The notes under the pieces were generated by a model, which saw only the letters and a program-made list of their open reading frames with translations, did not search any database and was not told where the DNA came from. Positions 25,040 to 37,990 of a stretch of DNA of 64,000 nucleotides are shown one piece after another. The position numbers were made by a program, and so were the translations under genes. The number at the start of each line of letters is the position of its first letter. Position 1 is the first letter of the stretch. Origin of the DNA: Octopus sinensis (taxonomy: Eukaryota); assembly GCF_006345805.1 (NCBI RefSeq), contig NC_043019.1, positions 31,123,360 to 31,187,359 on the forward strand, written 5' to 3'.

Positions 25040-25352
25040 AAAGCAAGGCCATGTAGAGGGACATGGAGTTACGTACAGGGTGGTGTTCATGTAAAGAGTT
25101 CAGGCCACTTGAGGTCAAGGGAGACCTTGGACCGAGCAGTCGTCGGCATCTTCACCATCTTGTCTGGCAGCTTATTCCACGGATCTGCAACCCGGACAGA
25201 GAAAGTCCGTCTCCTTCGATTGAGATGAAATCGTTGCAGACAGAGCTTTTCGGAATGACCCCGCAGCCGACGCTCTGGAGCAGGAGTGAAGAACAGCTCT
25301 TTCGAGAGGTTACACTTCCTGCTTATGATGTTGTGAGCATACTTGAATACCA
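25040..25352 (-). mobile_element. CR1-clade LINE 3' end
   Basis: LRGHSEKLCLQRFHLNRRRRTFSVRVADPWNKLP is the CR1 C-terminal RGH..KL...F..RV...WN.LP motif. Confidence 0.8.
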
Positions 25353-25914
25353 AAGGTAGAGTAAAATATTAAGTTGATTCAAACAGAAAAGCTACACAAA
25401 CTGCTACACAGGGTTTCACGTAGTTAAACATCAGACAGAAGTGAACGTTTGGAACAATACAATGGTTTATAAATGTTTAAAAATTGGTGCTGAGATAACA
25501 ATTTGGTAAATCATCAAAAAGACATATAAAGCTAATTGGACATGGGTTATGACATTTGAAATCTAATGGAATCTTTTGTACAAAAGATTGATTGTTGCTG
25601 AAAAATTATATGAACGTAAAGAAACCAATAATAGCTGAATAAAATTTAATAATATAACTCACATATATAATGTGATAATAATTGTAATAACTACAATAAA
25701 GAGGGGCAAAGGGGAAAGAGTTATTTTAGAAATTAAGAATCTAAGAAAAATATAGTAAAAAGTAAAAACAAGGGTGAATGAGTTTCACAAGAACAAATAA
25801 ATAAATGGATAAGTTTGGTATAGTTGAAAGAGAGGGTTAGTCTGTGTGAGGGTAAAGGAAAGAGGGGAAGAGAAGGAATAATAATGGAGATGAAAGTTAT
25901 ATATACTTAAAAGG

Positions 25915-26365
25915 GTAGGAGTGGCTGTGTGGTAAGTAGCTTGCTTACCAACCACATGGTTCTGGGTTTAGTCCCACTGAGTGGCACCTTTGGCAAGTGC
26001 CTTCTACTATAGCCTCGGGCCGACCGAAGCCTTGTGAGTGGATTTGGTAGATAGAAACTGAAAGAAGCCTGTCGTATATATGTATATATACATATATATG
26101 TATATATAGATATGTATGTGTGTGTGTATATGTATGTGTGTGTATATATGTTTGTGTGTCTGTGTTTGTCCCCCCAACATCGCTTCACAACCGATGCTGG
26201 TGTGTTTACGTCCCCGTAACTTAGTGGTACGGCAAAAGAGATCAATAGAATAAGTACTAGGCTTACAAAGAATAAGTCCTGGGGTCGATTTGCTCGACTA
26301 AAGGCGGTGCTCCAGCATGGCCACAGTCAAATGACTGAAACAAGTAAAAGAGTAAAAGAGTATAT
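25915..26365 (+). mobile_element. SINE family A, full length
   Basis: Head-to-tail copy. Confidence 0.9.
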
Positions 26366-26387
26366 CTGTATTTGAATAGGTTCTTGG

Positions 26388-26610
26388 TATGAGGGGGTGC
26401 TGGTAAGTTTCTGGCTTTAAGGGTATCATGAAAGGCCTGGTTGGAGGCCCAGCTTTCCATGTTCTTTTACAGGGCTTAGAAAAACTGAAGGACTGCTGCA
26501 ATAAGTGCGTGAATCAGAGGGGGATATGTTCAATAAAATCATAATTAAGTAATCCTCCTGTATTTTCTTTTACCCAAAGACAAGAACTTTCCAGCATCTT
26601 CTTGTATATA
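26388..26610 (+). mobile_element. Mariner-derived MITE (about 225 bp); second copy at 59052-59278
   Basis: Degenerate TIRs (TATGAGGGGGTGCTG...CAGCATCTTCTTGTA); the interior encodes a mariner C-terminus GLEKLKDCCNKCVNQRG. Confidence 0.7.
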
Positions 26611-26665
26611 ACATTTTGTGTGACTGTTGTTAACATTAGTGGAAAACTTTTCTGAAAGCACTTAC

Positions 26666-26685
26666 CATATAAAGCTCACGTACTT
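26666..26685 (-). CDS. Candidate 20-nt micro-exon (EVRELYM)
   Basis: Pyrimidine-rich upstream sequence, AAACAG acceptor and ATG/GTAAGT donor. Confidence 0.2.
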
Positions 26686-27329
26686 CTGTTTAGATAACCA
26701 GCATGTATAAGAAACATTACAACAATGAGAAAATTTGAGAATGGAAATGTTTGGTATCTGAAATTCTATTTTTGTTCCAGATTCATAGAATATGTTTTGT
26801 GTTTTTCCCTGTAGCCATATTATTTTGTAACTGTTTACAAGATTTGTTTCCTTACAATTGTTTGACGTCATTAATTTTCTCCATGTATTACAAGAAAAAA
26901 ATTTTCAAACTTTGATTAGAGAATGGTACTAAATAAGGTTCTATAATGAATATTATATGAATACAAAAGGACTTGTATTGTGAAACGTATCAACAATTCT
27001 TGTTAAACAAAAGGAAGAGGCAACATCTTGCACTTAAACAAAATTTGCAATAATTCAGTGTAAAAGAAGATAATCTAAAAAACATAAGCAATTAGAAAAA
27101 ATGTAGTCATTTTTGAGGCACCAGAAAACATTTGTTTTTGGGGATGCTCAAACAGTTTGAGAAGCATCAGATTTTGTTTTGCACTATCTATGATCAAGTG
27201 TAAGTACCCCTTAATTTTGAATATTCCAATTTTTCTCTTTTGTTCCTTAATTTTCTTTGTTTCCAGTATTCTTTCATTTTATGATCAGAAAATGAACATG
27301 AGTTAAAAATAAGATGAATGAGATGATTG

Positions 27330-27500
27330 GAAAGTTGGACAAACAGTTTCTTTGAGAGCCAGTGGTCTGAAATATGAACGACGTGACCGGTCAGGCAAAG
27401 CTGTAACTGCATCAGGATGGTGTAGATGCTAGACAGACTAGTACAGGGGAGTATCTCTTTGTCTAGGATTCTATCAAGAAGTTTATAGTAGTAATAAACC
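27330..27500 (-). mobile_element. RTE-clade LINE C-terminal fragment
   Basis: SIYTILMQLQLCLTGHVVHISDHWLSKKLF resembles SI.T.LMQ.QLRWAGHV.RMPD.RLPKKLF. Confidence 0.65.
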
Positions 27501-27504
27501 TAAC

Positions 27505-27925
27505 AGGTGCAGGAGTGGCTGTGTGGTAAGTAGCTTGCTTACCAACCACATGGTTCCGGGTTCAGTCCCACTGCATGGCATCTTGGGCAAGTGTCTTCTG
27601 CTATAGCCTCGGGTCGACCAATGCCTTGTGAGTGGATTTGGTAGACGGAAACTGAAAGAAGCCTGTTGTATATATGTATATATATATATCTATGTGTGTG
27701 TATATGTTTGTGTGTCTGTGTTTGTCCCCCCAACATCGCTTGACAACCGATGCTGGTGTGTTTACGTCCCCGTCACTTAGCGGTTTGGCAAAAGAGACCG
27801 ATAGAATAAGTACTGGGCTTACAAAGAATAAGTCCCGGGGTCGATTTGCTCGACTAAAGGTGGTGCTCCAGCATGGCCGCAGTCAAATGACTGAAACAAG
27901 TAAAAGAGTAAAGAGTAAAGAGTAA
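27505..27925 (+). mobile_element. SINE family A, full length
   Basis: Head-to-tail copy with a triple AGTAAAAG tail. Confidence 0.9.
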
Positions 27926-28580
27926 CATGGAACTTTGAGTGAAGAATCCAAAGACCGACTTAGCCATTGCAAATTATTGGGGTGGGAGGGCATTTCCTTT
28001 TTCTTTCTCAATTAGGATTCATCATTAATCTAATGATTCTTAATGAGTTTTTCTCCTCACCACAATTGTAAATTTAATTAAAATTTCTTGGCTCATTATC
28101 TTAACAACCATCATTATCATTTGCTTTTCAAGCACAGCATGTCACAAGGCATTTTCATCTGGTTCTGATATCCTTACCGGAAACTATTTTCTACTCTGTC
28201 TTTGATTGTGTTCCAGGTTTTACTGGATTTCATCATTTACAGGAACTTCTTTTATTACATGTGTGATTGAGTAATTATCATGTAAATGGACAAATTAATT
28301 GACCAATTAATAATCTATCTCATTACAGAGAGTTTAACACATTAATAAAATTAATCCCTTTTTACAATTATTTTCCGTTTCATGACAAAGCCCTTGAAAT
28401 CTGGTGCAGTGATTGGTTGTAGCTCAGAATTTAAGCATTAAAGCTTTTACTCCAACACCTGTTATAAAAGTTGTATTGAGCCTCACATTTACTATTGCTT
28501 ATCACAAGATTAACCATGATTGAGCTGACTTATGATTGAAGACATTGCAGCTTAATCGATCCATTTTTATCAAATCAATA

Positions 28581-29035
28581 TCTATAAAACTGAAATGCGA
28601 AAACGTTGCTTGATTTGTTAGTTATTTGTCTCATTTTGTGATGGGAATGGTTTAAGGGGCGGTAAATGGGGTCAAATTGGTGCCAAAATTTACACTGGGG
28701 GGGTAAAATGGAATGGTGGGAGGAGGGTTGCAAGTCGCTCGGGGCTACCGTTTGGTTGCCATGGTGAGGAATATGGGAAAAATTGAGTTTTATGGGATAG
28801 ACTGGTTGCACTGTTTGAATAATGGTGGCTTTTTGTGTTGCTGCAGGGGCTAGAGGCAGTTATCTTTAATTGAGGGTGTAAAAATTTGGGGGATTTTGGA
28901 AAGTGGGGTAAAGAAGAGGGCAATAAAAAGAACCAAGCAAAGAAGACGAACAAACGAAGAAAGGGAAAAGGAGACAACACACACAAAACAACACCACCAC
29001 CAAAACCCGAGCGAAGCATGGGTCAAAATAGCTAG
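28581..29035 (+). mobile_element. Non-autonomous Helitron-like element
   Basis: A/TCTATAAAACTG 5' end; 3' hairpin CCCGAGCGAAGCATGGG followed by AATAGCTAG/T; A-T insertion site and no TSD. Confidence 0.55.
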
Positions 29036-30350
29036 TCTTTTCTACTAAAGACACAAGGGGGAGAGATGCACACAAGGGGGAAATTGGGGAGGGGGAGAGA
29101 TGCACTAAGCTGTTCATGCAGCATGCTAATGATTAATAATCTTTTTATCAAATATGATACTATATCTTTCAATATATCTTATTTTAAAAGACAATATGCT
29201 GTGATTTCAAGGTGATTTTGTTGATATTTTTAGCAGGTCAAGTGATTGATTTGAACAATGGTTCTCAAAGTTTTTGACAATGTAACACATGGAGAACCAA
29301 GGAAAAATTTACTGGTAGACTATGTATGAGAAGTTAATAATTGGTAGTACCCTACGAATGGCAAGTTAAGGGAAGTTATGGTTTAAAGTTTAAAATTTAG
29401 AAAAAAATATATACAATTATTTAATTGATCATGCTCAATGAATTTTCTGGCAAATAAGTTGGCACAGGTGTGGCTGTGTGGTAAGTAGCTTGCTTACCAA
29501 CTACATGGTTCCAGGTTCAGTCCCACTGCCTGGCACCTTGGGCAAGTGTCTTCTACTATAGCCTTGGGCCGGCCAAAGCCTTGTGAGTGGATTTGGTAGA
29601 CGGAAACTGAAAGAATCCCGTCGTCAACCAAGGTTGGGTTCAAAATTCCACCAGGACACCTGATGAAGGCTGGAGAATAAATCATGCAAAACATAGTAAG
29701 AACAAACAAGATGAGAACACATATCCATCCAATGTAAATAATGTAAATAATGTAAATAATGGACACTATGTATTTAAAATAAAACTCTAATGAAATAACA
29801 TATATTCAAGACATTCAAGCATGAGAATGGCCTTACATTATATCTAAAGCATTTATATTGTGGAAGAATCATAAAAACACATAAAAACTGTTAAATTCTC
29901 TTTTCGTTTATTTCATGAGATGTGAAAATTTTTATTGCACAACAGTTATGCGGTCAATGAAACAGTTATAATGTCATACCAAAATATTCAATGAAAGTCA
30001 GTTTACTATATTTTCCAGCAGACAAGCTGACAGAGTGTATAGTGTAAACCATTCAAGCATTGTCACTTTCTTTCCAAATCCTTCTGTATTTCATGAGGAA
30101 CTTTCGTTCTTCCAAAGTTGTCTTGGTGTATAAGTCAACCTATCTTTTTCAGCTGTAAATTTTGGCTGGGTAAACTTGACTTTTATAAGGAAAAATACAA
30201 TAAGTTTTGTGCTTATTTTAAGTGATTCAAATGGTTCTTCTGCAATGTGATTGCTTCAGTCTCAACTGATGGTTTCAGATTAAGTTACTTGCTAGACTCA
30301 AAAGTAATTTTTAAAAATCCATAAGAACCCAAAATCCTTTTGTGACATAC

Positions 30351-30369
30351 CATTCTGGAACAACAGGTC
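30351..30369 (-). CDS. Candidate 19-nt micro-exon (DLLFQN)
   Basis: CTAAT branch-like motif, CTTCAG acceptor, AATG/GTATGT donor. Confidence 0.2.
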
Positions 30370-30417
30370 CTGAAGCACTGGTATTAGCTACTTACTATTA
30401 TGTGTTTAACATAATAG

Positions 30418-30555
30418 TAGCTACTACTACTTCTACTGCTGCTGCTGTTGCTACTACTACTACTACTGCTGCTGCTTTTGCTACTACTACTACTGCTGGT
30501 GCTGCTGCTGCTATTGCTGCTGTTGATATTACTGCTGCTGCTGCTACTACTCCTA
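30418..30555. repeat. (CTA)n/(CTG)n trinucleotide array; similar arrays at 31425-31590 and 32560-32710
   Basis: Directly visible; explains the poly-S, poly-L and poly-T ORFs. Confidence 0.95.
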
Positions 30556-31747
30556 CTTATATGAGATTTTCTTAAGCATTTCATACAAATTATATGAGAT
30601 TTTCTTAACCATTTCATACAACGGCGGTGCATCAGCATGGCCACAGCTCTGAGCTGAAACTACAGCAAAAAAAAAAAAAATCAAGTGCTATATGTAGTCC
30701 GTTGCTCAGTTTGGTGCCACTCTTAGGTGATTTAGTGGACTTCTCAGAAGGTATCCAAGAACCAGAAGGAGATGTTAAAAGTGAGGGATGGATTAAATCT
30801 ATCACTCAAGAACAGGAATGTTTCCCACCCTTGCAGGCTTCAACACAGTTTTTGTTTACAAAACTTCCTTTTAATTATTCCCAACCAAGACTTCCCTCCC
30901 CTTTTCTCACTCTCTTTATGTTCAACCCACAACCCTTTTTTATACACTAATTCAAAAATAAATAAATAAAATATTTTTTTTTTAAATAAATAAATTATTA
31001 AAGGTCATTCTTGAGCCACAAGCTCATAAGGTCAGTTTTGCAGATATTCTGGCATATATATTCCACTCTTGGACAGGATGCTGGTCTATTACAAAATTAC
31101 TCATTTTTGCCAGTCAAGTTTTGCTTGGCGTTTAGTTAAAATTTTTTGTTGAATAAAATTTATTGAAAAAAGTCGCAATAATTATGCCCCAACCTAATAT
31201 ATATCGTCAGTTCATCATGAATCCAAAAGAGAAGTGCAATCGAAGTTAAAGAGCAGTAGAGTATTTAAAGATAGTTATGGCTGGTTTGTAAGGTTACTCA
31301 GAGTTTTGCATCCATAAAATCCTGACCTACAAGCTGACTGGGTGGACTTTGGATAGCGGTCTAGAGGAGACAACCCCTTGTGCTTAACCATTCTCCGTTA
31401 ACTGTGTATTCAACAATAATACTATTGCTGCTGCTGCTGCTACTACTACTACTGCTGCTGCTACTACTACTACTACTACTACTAATTCTACTTCTTCTGC
31501 TGCTACTACTGCTGTTACTACTACTACTACTATTACTACTACTGCCGCTGCTGCTGCTGCTGCTACTACTACTACTACTACTACTACTACTTAAGAACAT
31601 GAAATTTGTATCATAAAACCAAAGGAGGTCTTGGTGGGTTGGTACAAAAAGGGTTAAATTTTGGTAGAGAATGGTCGAGCATTTGTTTAGTTCTTCACAA
31701 ACCTAACTTCTCACAAAAGCATGTTGTCAATATTTCAATTCACTTAC

Positions 31748-31813
31748 ATTACTAATGAACTCGAGAGATAGGCTTAAGTCACACAGTCTCTGTTCTGCTG
31801 TGAATTTAACATG
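31748..31813 (-). CDS. Candidate 66-nt internal exon (HVKFTAEQRLCDLSLSLEFISN)
   Basis: Acceptor TTTTATTGATTTCACACATTCAG, donor AAT/GTAAGT, phase 0-0, only one frame open, unique sequence. Confidence 0.3.
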
Positions 31814-32072
31814 CTGAATGTGTGAAATCAATAAAATTATATTACGAAGAATTTCCATGAAAGAACTTCAGGTATTTGCCATTATCTTTGATGTATGTCT
31901 ATGATACAGTACAAAAGAAAAAGTCAAGGAAAGATTTAAAATGACTTGGAGCAAATAAAATGCAAAAAGAAAAGAAAAAAAACAAAAAAAAAATTACTAG
32001 ATTTTTAAATCAAGACAAAATTTTAAGATAAAAATAATAATAGGAGAAATAATGATGATGATGATGATGATG

Positions 32073-32119
<47 letters not shown>

Positions 32120-32120
<1 letters not shown>

Positions 32121-32520
32121 GTTTCAAATTTTGCCACAAGGGCAGCAATTTGCAGGAAGGGATGAGTCGATAACATTGACCCCAGTACGCAACTGGTACT
32201 TATTTTATCGACTCCGAAAGGATGAAAGGCAAAGTCGACCTCGGCAGAATTTGAACTCAGATTGTAGTGCCAGGCAAAATACTGCTAAGTATTTCGTCTG
32301 GTATGCTAACAATTCTGCCAGCTTGCCCGGGCAAAATGCCTAGCGGTATATCATCTGCCGTTACGTTCTGAGTTCAAATTTCACTGATGTCGACTTTGCC
32401 TTCCATCCTTTCAGGGTCGATTAAATAAGTACCAGTTAATCACTGGGGACGATATAATCGACTTACTCTCTTTGTCCTTGTTTGTCCCCTCTATGTTTAG
32501 CCCCTGTGCACGTAAAGAAA
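32120..32520. mobile_element. Two SINE family B copies head-to-head (32120-32330 minus, 32335-32520 plus)
   Basis: CORE-like blocks in opposite orientations. Confidence 0.8.
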
Positions 32521-32879
32521 TAAAATAATGAGGATAAAGATGAGGATGACGATAGTGATATTACTACTACTACTACTACTACTACTACTAGTACTACTAC
32601 TACTACTACTACTACTACTACAACTAATACTATTGCTACTGCTACTGCTGTTGCTGCTGATGATGATGATGATACTACGGCTGCTGCTGCTACTATTGCT
32701 ATTACTACAATTGCAATTTTGGCAGAGGAGGCTAGTTGATTATAGTACCGGTACTTCTTTAATGGCCCCATAATGATGAAGGGCAAAGTCAAACTCAGTG
32801 GTGTTTGAACTCAGAATGTAAAACCAGACATTTTGTCTAACAGATCTGCCAGTTTGCCGCCTGAATAATAATAATAATA

Positions 32880-32914
<35 letters not shown>

Positions 32915-32915
<1 letters not shown>

Positions 32916-33655
32916 TCTGCAACGACATGATTGAAACAGTGGACCACCTAATCTCTGGATGTAAAGTCTTAGCACCAGTGGAGTATAAATTAAGACATGA
33001 CAGAGTTGGCCAATATCTCCACTGGCTAATAAGTCGGCATTACAATATCAAAACTGCCGACAAGTGGTATAATCACCACCCTGAGGCTGTAACTGAAGGA
33101 GAAAATGTAACCATTCTGTGGGACTTTCCAGTACATACAGACCGAACCATCAAGGCCAATAAACCAGATATTGTAGTGAAAGACCAAAACAATAAAGTTT
33201 GCTTATTGATCGACATGAGCATCCCCTCTGATCATAATATCTCAGCGAAAGAGTTTGACAAGCTCAGAAAATATAAAGACCTACTCATTGAAATTGAGAA
33301 AATGTGGCATCTCAAGGCGGTTACAATACCAGTGATCGTAGGAGCACTAGGAATGATCAAGAAGGGAACCGAAAATTATATGAGAATGATCCCTGGCTTA
33401 CCATCCCTGCAAGAAGTGCAAAAGATTGTCTTAACTGGTACATCACACGTATTGAGAAGAGCATTGTCGATGTGAGAACTGTTGCTGCTCATGTATTTTA
33501 ATTTAACTTTAAAAAAATAAAAAAAAATGTAAAAAATGAACGAACTACTGAGTTTGGTTTAATGGCCTACCAATATACACTATGAGTTTCTTTGCCCTAG
33601 GAGTCGGGAAGACACTCGGCAAGAAATGGAAGAAAATTTGAAAGAAGAAAAAAAA
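32915..33655 (+). mobile_element. 5'-truncated R4/Dong-clade non-LTR retrotransposon inserted in an (AAT)n array
   Basis: An uninterrupted ORF end plus about 180 bp of 3' UTR, flanked on both sides by long (AAT)n. Confidence 0.9.
32927..33475 (+). CDS. C-terminus of R4/Dong ORF: CCHC knuckle remnant and PD-(D/E)xK restriction-like endonuclease
   Basis: FCNDMIETVDHLISGC...YKLRHDRV...ILWDFPVHTD...NKPDIVV...LLIDMSIP...KLRKYKDL...PVIVGALG; no internal stops. Confidence 0.9.
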   Translation: MIETVDHLISGCKVLAPVEYKLRHDRVGQYLHWLISRHYNIKTADKWYNHHPEAVTEGENVTILWDFPVHTDRTIKANKPDIVVKDQNNKVCLLIDMSIPSDHNISAKEFDKLRKYKDLLIEIEKMWHLKAVTIPVIVGALGMIKKGTENYMRMIPGLPSLQEVQKIVLTGTSHVLRRALSM

Positions 33656-33685
33656 AAGTAATAATAATAATAATAATAATAACAA

Positions 33686-33760
<75 letters not shown>

Positions 33761-34414
33761 CGATAATAATAATAATAATAATACCGATAATAATAATAAT
33801 GATAATGATAATAATAATGATAATGATAATAATAATAATGATGATGATGATGGTTTCAAATTTTGGTGCAAGGCCAGCAATTTTGTGGGTGGAGTAAGTC
33901 GATTACATCGACCCAATAATAATAATGATAATAATGGTGCACTAGCTTGGTCACAGCCTTTGAGCTGAAATGCATAAAAGAATAAAAGAATAATGATGAT
34001 GATGATGACGACGACGACGATGATGGTAATGATGACGACAATAATAAAAATGATAACGATAATAATAATGATGATGCTGATGATGGTATGTTGTAAAAAT
34101 ATAACAGGAAACTCTTAGGGATAAGCAATTTCTTTGAAGATTAAAAGAATAGGAAGAGGAAAAAGCATTTAAAATTGAAAAGAAAAATCATTATGCCAGT
34201 TCTATGAGCAGCAAAGTTTTCGTAGAAACACTTTAAAATCTTGTCTTGAAAGAAGTACAGTACATAAAAATGAAGTAACATTTTATTTAAGATTAAATCA
34301 AGGGAATCAATGGAATATTTATTGAGAATATTTTATATAAATTCTGAAATAAGTTTGATTTGAACGAGAATGTAAAGAGGTGGATTGGTAGAGGTCTTAG
34401 TGGTTTGGTACTTA

Positions 34415-35135
34415 ACAATATGCCATTAGGTACAGGCTTGGCTGCGTGGTAAGTAGTTTGTTTCCCAACCACATGGTTCTTGGTTCAGTCTTGCTGCAAG
34501 GCACCTTGGGCAAGTGTCCTCTACTACAACCTCGAATTGAGCAAGGCCTTGTGAGTAAGCGCAGGAATGGCTGTGTGGTAAGTAGCTTGCTTACCAACCA
34601 CATGATTCTGGGTTCAGAGGCATGTGTCCTCTACTACAGCCCCGAATAGAGCAAAACATTGTGAGTAGATTTGTTAGACAGAAACTGTGTGCAAGCCCTA
34701 GGCGGCGAGCTGGCAGAAACGTTAGCACGCCGGGCAAAATGCTTAGCGGTATTTCGTCTGCTATTATGTTCTGAGTTCAAATTCTGCCAAGGTCGACTTT
34801 GCCTTTCATCCTTTCGGGGTCGATAAATTAAGTACCAGTTAGGTACGGGGATTGATATAATCAACTTAATCCCCTTAACTGTCCTTGTTTGTCCCCTCTA
34901 TGTTTAGCCCCTTGTGGGTAATAAATGAATAAGAAACTGTGTGCAAGCCCATCATATATGATATATATATACATAGCTGCAGGTGTGGCTGTGTGGTAAG
35001 GAGCTGGCTTACCAACCACATAGTTCCAGGTTCAGTCCCACTGCATGGCACTTTGGGCAAGTGTCTTCTGCTATAGTTTCCTGCCAATCAAAGCCTTGTG
35101 AGTGGATTTGGTAGATGGAAACTGAAAGAAACCTC
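34415..35135 (+). mobile_element. Cluster of three family A head fragments and one family B copy (34700-34935)
   Basis: Repeated GGCTGYGTGGTAAG heads at about 34440, 34570 and 34988. Confidence 0.8.
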
Positions 35136-35449
35136 GAGTAAAGATTATTTGTCAACATAACATGGCAGTCCTGGTTAAAGACAAATGTAGCTGTAATTTA
35201 ACTTCAGGAGACATCATCTCCAACTGGCCATATGGCACAATTTGTATTGATCATGAATACAAACAGTTGAAATGAGGTTCCTCTAAAGAATCTCTAGAGC
35301 GATGTTTCTTGACAGAGTATGCAGCTCAGAGAACAAGGAAGTCTCTCCAGGTTGAGCTACTACTCTCCTACATTGAGAGCTCACAGATCTGGTAATATCA
35401 TCATCATCATCGTAAACATCCGCTTTCGGTGATTGGAATATTACAGGCA

Positions 35450-35640
35450 AAACTTGCAAGATGAGTTCATCAAACCAAGCCAGCCTAGGAATGGACCAAG
35501 AATGACATGGTTGGATAACCTCCATAGTTTTAGTTGGTCATGCCTGGGAATCAAACCAGAAAGTGTAGCGATGGTTGCTTCTAATAGGATCTAATGGAGG
35601 AGGCAGCTGAGCATTCTGCCCCAACAACCAGGAATAGGGG
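35450..35640 (+). mobile_element. Decayed RTE-type LINE 3' end
   Basis: PRNGPRMTWLDNL...LGIKPESVAMVASNRI*WR resembles the RTE C-terminal GRP..TW.D....LG.......A.NR..WR motif. Confidence 0.5.
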
Positions 35641-36529
35641 GTGGGGAAGATGGATGGTGGGTGAATGGATGCATATGTATTACATAGTATTCATATAAAA
35701 AGATGATCTTGCAGAATCGTTACTGCGCTGGGCCTTTCGTCCATCTGTCTGGACGTTCAGAGTTCAAACTCTGTCAAGATTCACTTTGCCTTTCATCTTT
35801 TCAGAGTTCATAAAATAAGTCCCAGGTAAGCACTAGGGTCCACATAATCGAATTAGCCCCTTCCTCCTTCCTGGCTTTGTGCCAAAATTTAGAGCCAAAT
35901 TTTGGCACAAACCCAATAAATAAATGCTATAGGGCTCAGTGAATTGCTTTTTCTAGGGGCTTTAAGGTCTAAGGGCCCAATTCTGATCTATGTATGCTGT
36001 GGCTTAATATCAACAAATAAATACCATAGTGGCCAGGGCATTGATTGCCAAGGGGCCTATAACGTATCTAAAATTAGCATTAATTACCGTTTGTTGAAAT
36101 TGATATAAAATTAGTCTAGCATTGTGAAATATATTATTTCACATAAATTGCTAATTTAATTAAGAAAATCATTAACAGAACAGACTTTCTTTTTTATCTT
36201 CCTTGAAAATCCAAGTTCTTATGCCTGCTGAGACAGTCTGTATGTGTTAAATTACAAACTTATATACACTCAACTTGTATTTTGTGGAGATTATAAAACA
36301 CAATTTTAATTTTAATTTAAAGAAATTCTGTCAATTCAATATAAAATTCCTTTGATCTGTTTCATAATTTTATTCTGTATTTATCAACCATATTATTTTC
36401 ATTATTTTTGTCATTTTAATTTTGTGTGTATGTTTTGTCTGTGTAAAACATGATAAGATAAAATAAACTTCCGACTACCAAATTTAAAAACAAGATCTCC
36501 CACAAACCTCATGAATTAAACTGATTTTA

Positions 36530-36901
36530 CTGTTACTCTTTTGCTCTCTTTATTTACTCTTTCACTAGTTTCAGTCATTTGACTGTGGCCATGCTGGAGC
36601 ACTGCCTTTAGTCGAGCAAATCGAACCCAGGACTTATTCTTTGTAAGCCTAGTACTTATTCTATCGGTCTCTTTTTGCCGAACCGCTAAGTTACAGGGAT
36701 GTAAACACACCAGCATCGGTTGTCAAGCGATGTTGGGGGAACAAACACAGACACACAAACATATACACACACACATACATATATACATTATATATATATA
36801 TATAGTGGCGAATTTAATTTTATTTAATTTATATAAAATTTTTTATGTATTGGATTAAGTCTTTCTTTGTTTGATTTGCATAATAGTGGTTTTGTCTCTA
36901 A

Positions 36902-36946
<45 letters not shown>

Positions 36947-37092
36947 TACGATGGACTTCTTTCAGTTTCTGTATACCAAATCCACTCACAAGGCTTTGGT
37001 CGGCCCCAGGCTATAATAGAAGACACTTGCCCAAGGTGCCACACAGTGGGACTGAACCCAGAACCATGTGGTTCGTAAGCAAGCTACTTACC
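36530..37092 (-). mobile_element. SINE family A split at its internal microsatellite by a roughly 100-bp PLE-terminal-like fragment (36800-36905)
   Basis: The SINE halves lie at 36530-36780 and 36945-37092; the insert matches 19264-19345 and 53044-53119. Confidence 0.75.
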
Positions 37093-37492
37093 ACACAGCC
37101 ACTCCTACACCTATCTATTATTTCAGATAAAATAATATATCGTTTTTCAATCATCATCATCATCGTTATCATCACCATCATGATTGTTGCCATCATTGTT
37201 TTCATCATCATCATCATCATCATTGCTGTCGACGCTTGCATAGGTCAGATGCAGTTTTTAGAGATTGATTTTATATATGACCAAATGCCCTTCTCGTTAT
37301 GGACCCTTACCTGTTTCCAAGTAAGGTAATATTTTCCCATGGCCAGACATAATTTTGCAGGAAATTGGAAATGAATGACACTGCTTCTCATATGATAATG
37401 ATACTCATTTGCAATTATGGTATGGCAAAGCAATGAGAGACACAAACGCATACTTATACACACATTCTCACATATACACACATACATACATA

Positions 37493-37526
<34 letters not shown>

Positions 37527-37676
37527 GTCTTCCTTCTGTTAAATCTACTCACAATATTCTAATTGGCCCAGGTCTACTATAGTAAAAGACACTTGTAGTG
37601 AGATTGAACCTGAAACCATGAGGTTGTGAAACAAACTTCTTCATCACAGCCACACCTGATCCTACCAAAAAATATC

Positions 37677-37990
37677 ATCATCATCGTTTAACATCTGTTT
37701 TCTATGCTAGCATGGGTCGGGCGGTTTGATCGGGGTTTGGGAAGCCAGGAGGCTGCACCAGGCTCCAGTCTGATCTGGCAGTGATTCTACAGCTGGATGC
37801 CCTTCCTAACGCCAACCACTCCATGAGTGTAGTGGGTGCTTTTAAAACGTGCCACTGGCACAGGGGCCAGAGAAGGCTGGCAATGGCCATGATCAGTTGG
37901 TGCTTTTTACGTGCCACTGGCACGGATGCCAGTCAAGGTGGCACTGGCATCAGCCATGTTCAGATGGTGCTTTTAACGTGCCACTGGCAC
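37677..37990 (-). mobile_element. RTE-X 3' UTR fragment
   Basis: (CAT)n GTTTAACATCTGTTTTCTATGCTAGCATGG...GTGCCACTGGCAC repeats, as in 61259-61560. Confidence 0.8.

Noticed and set aside
30627-30950. 107-aa ORF with a plausible-looking middle (LGDLVDFSEGIQEPEG...)
   Set aside because: It starts inside a SINE tail, splice sites are weak, both strands are partly open and no domain is recognised.
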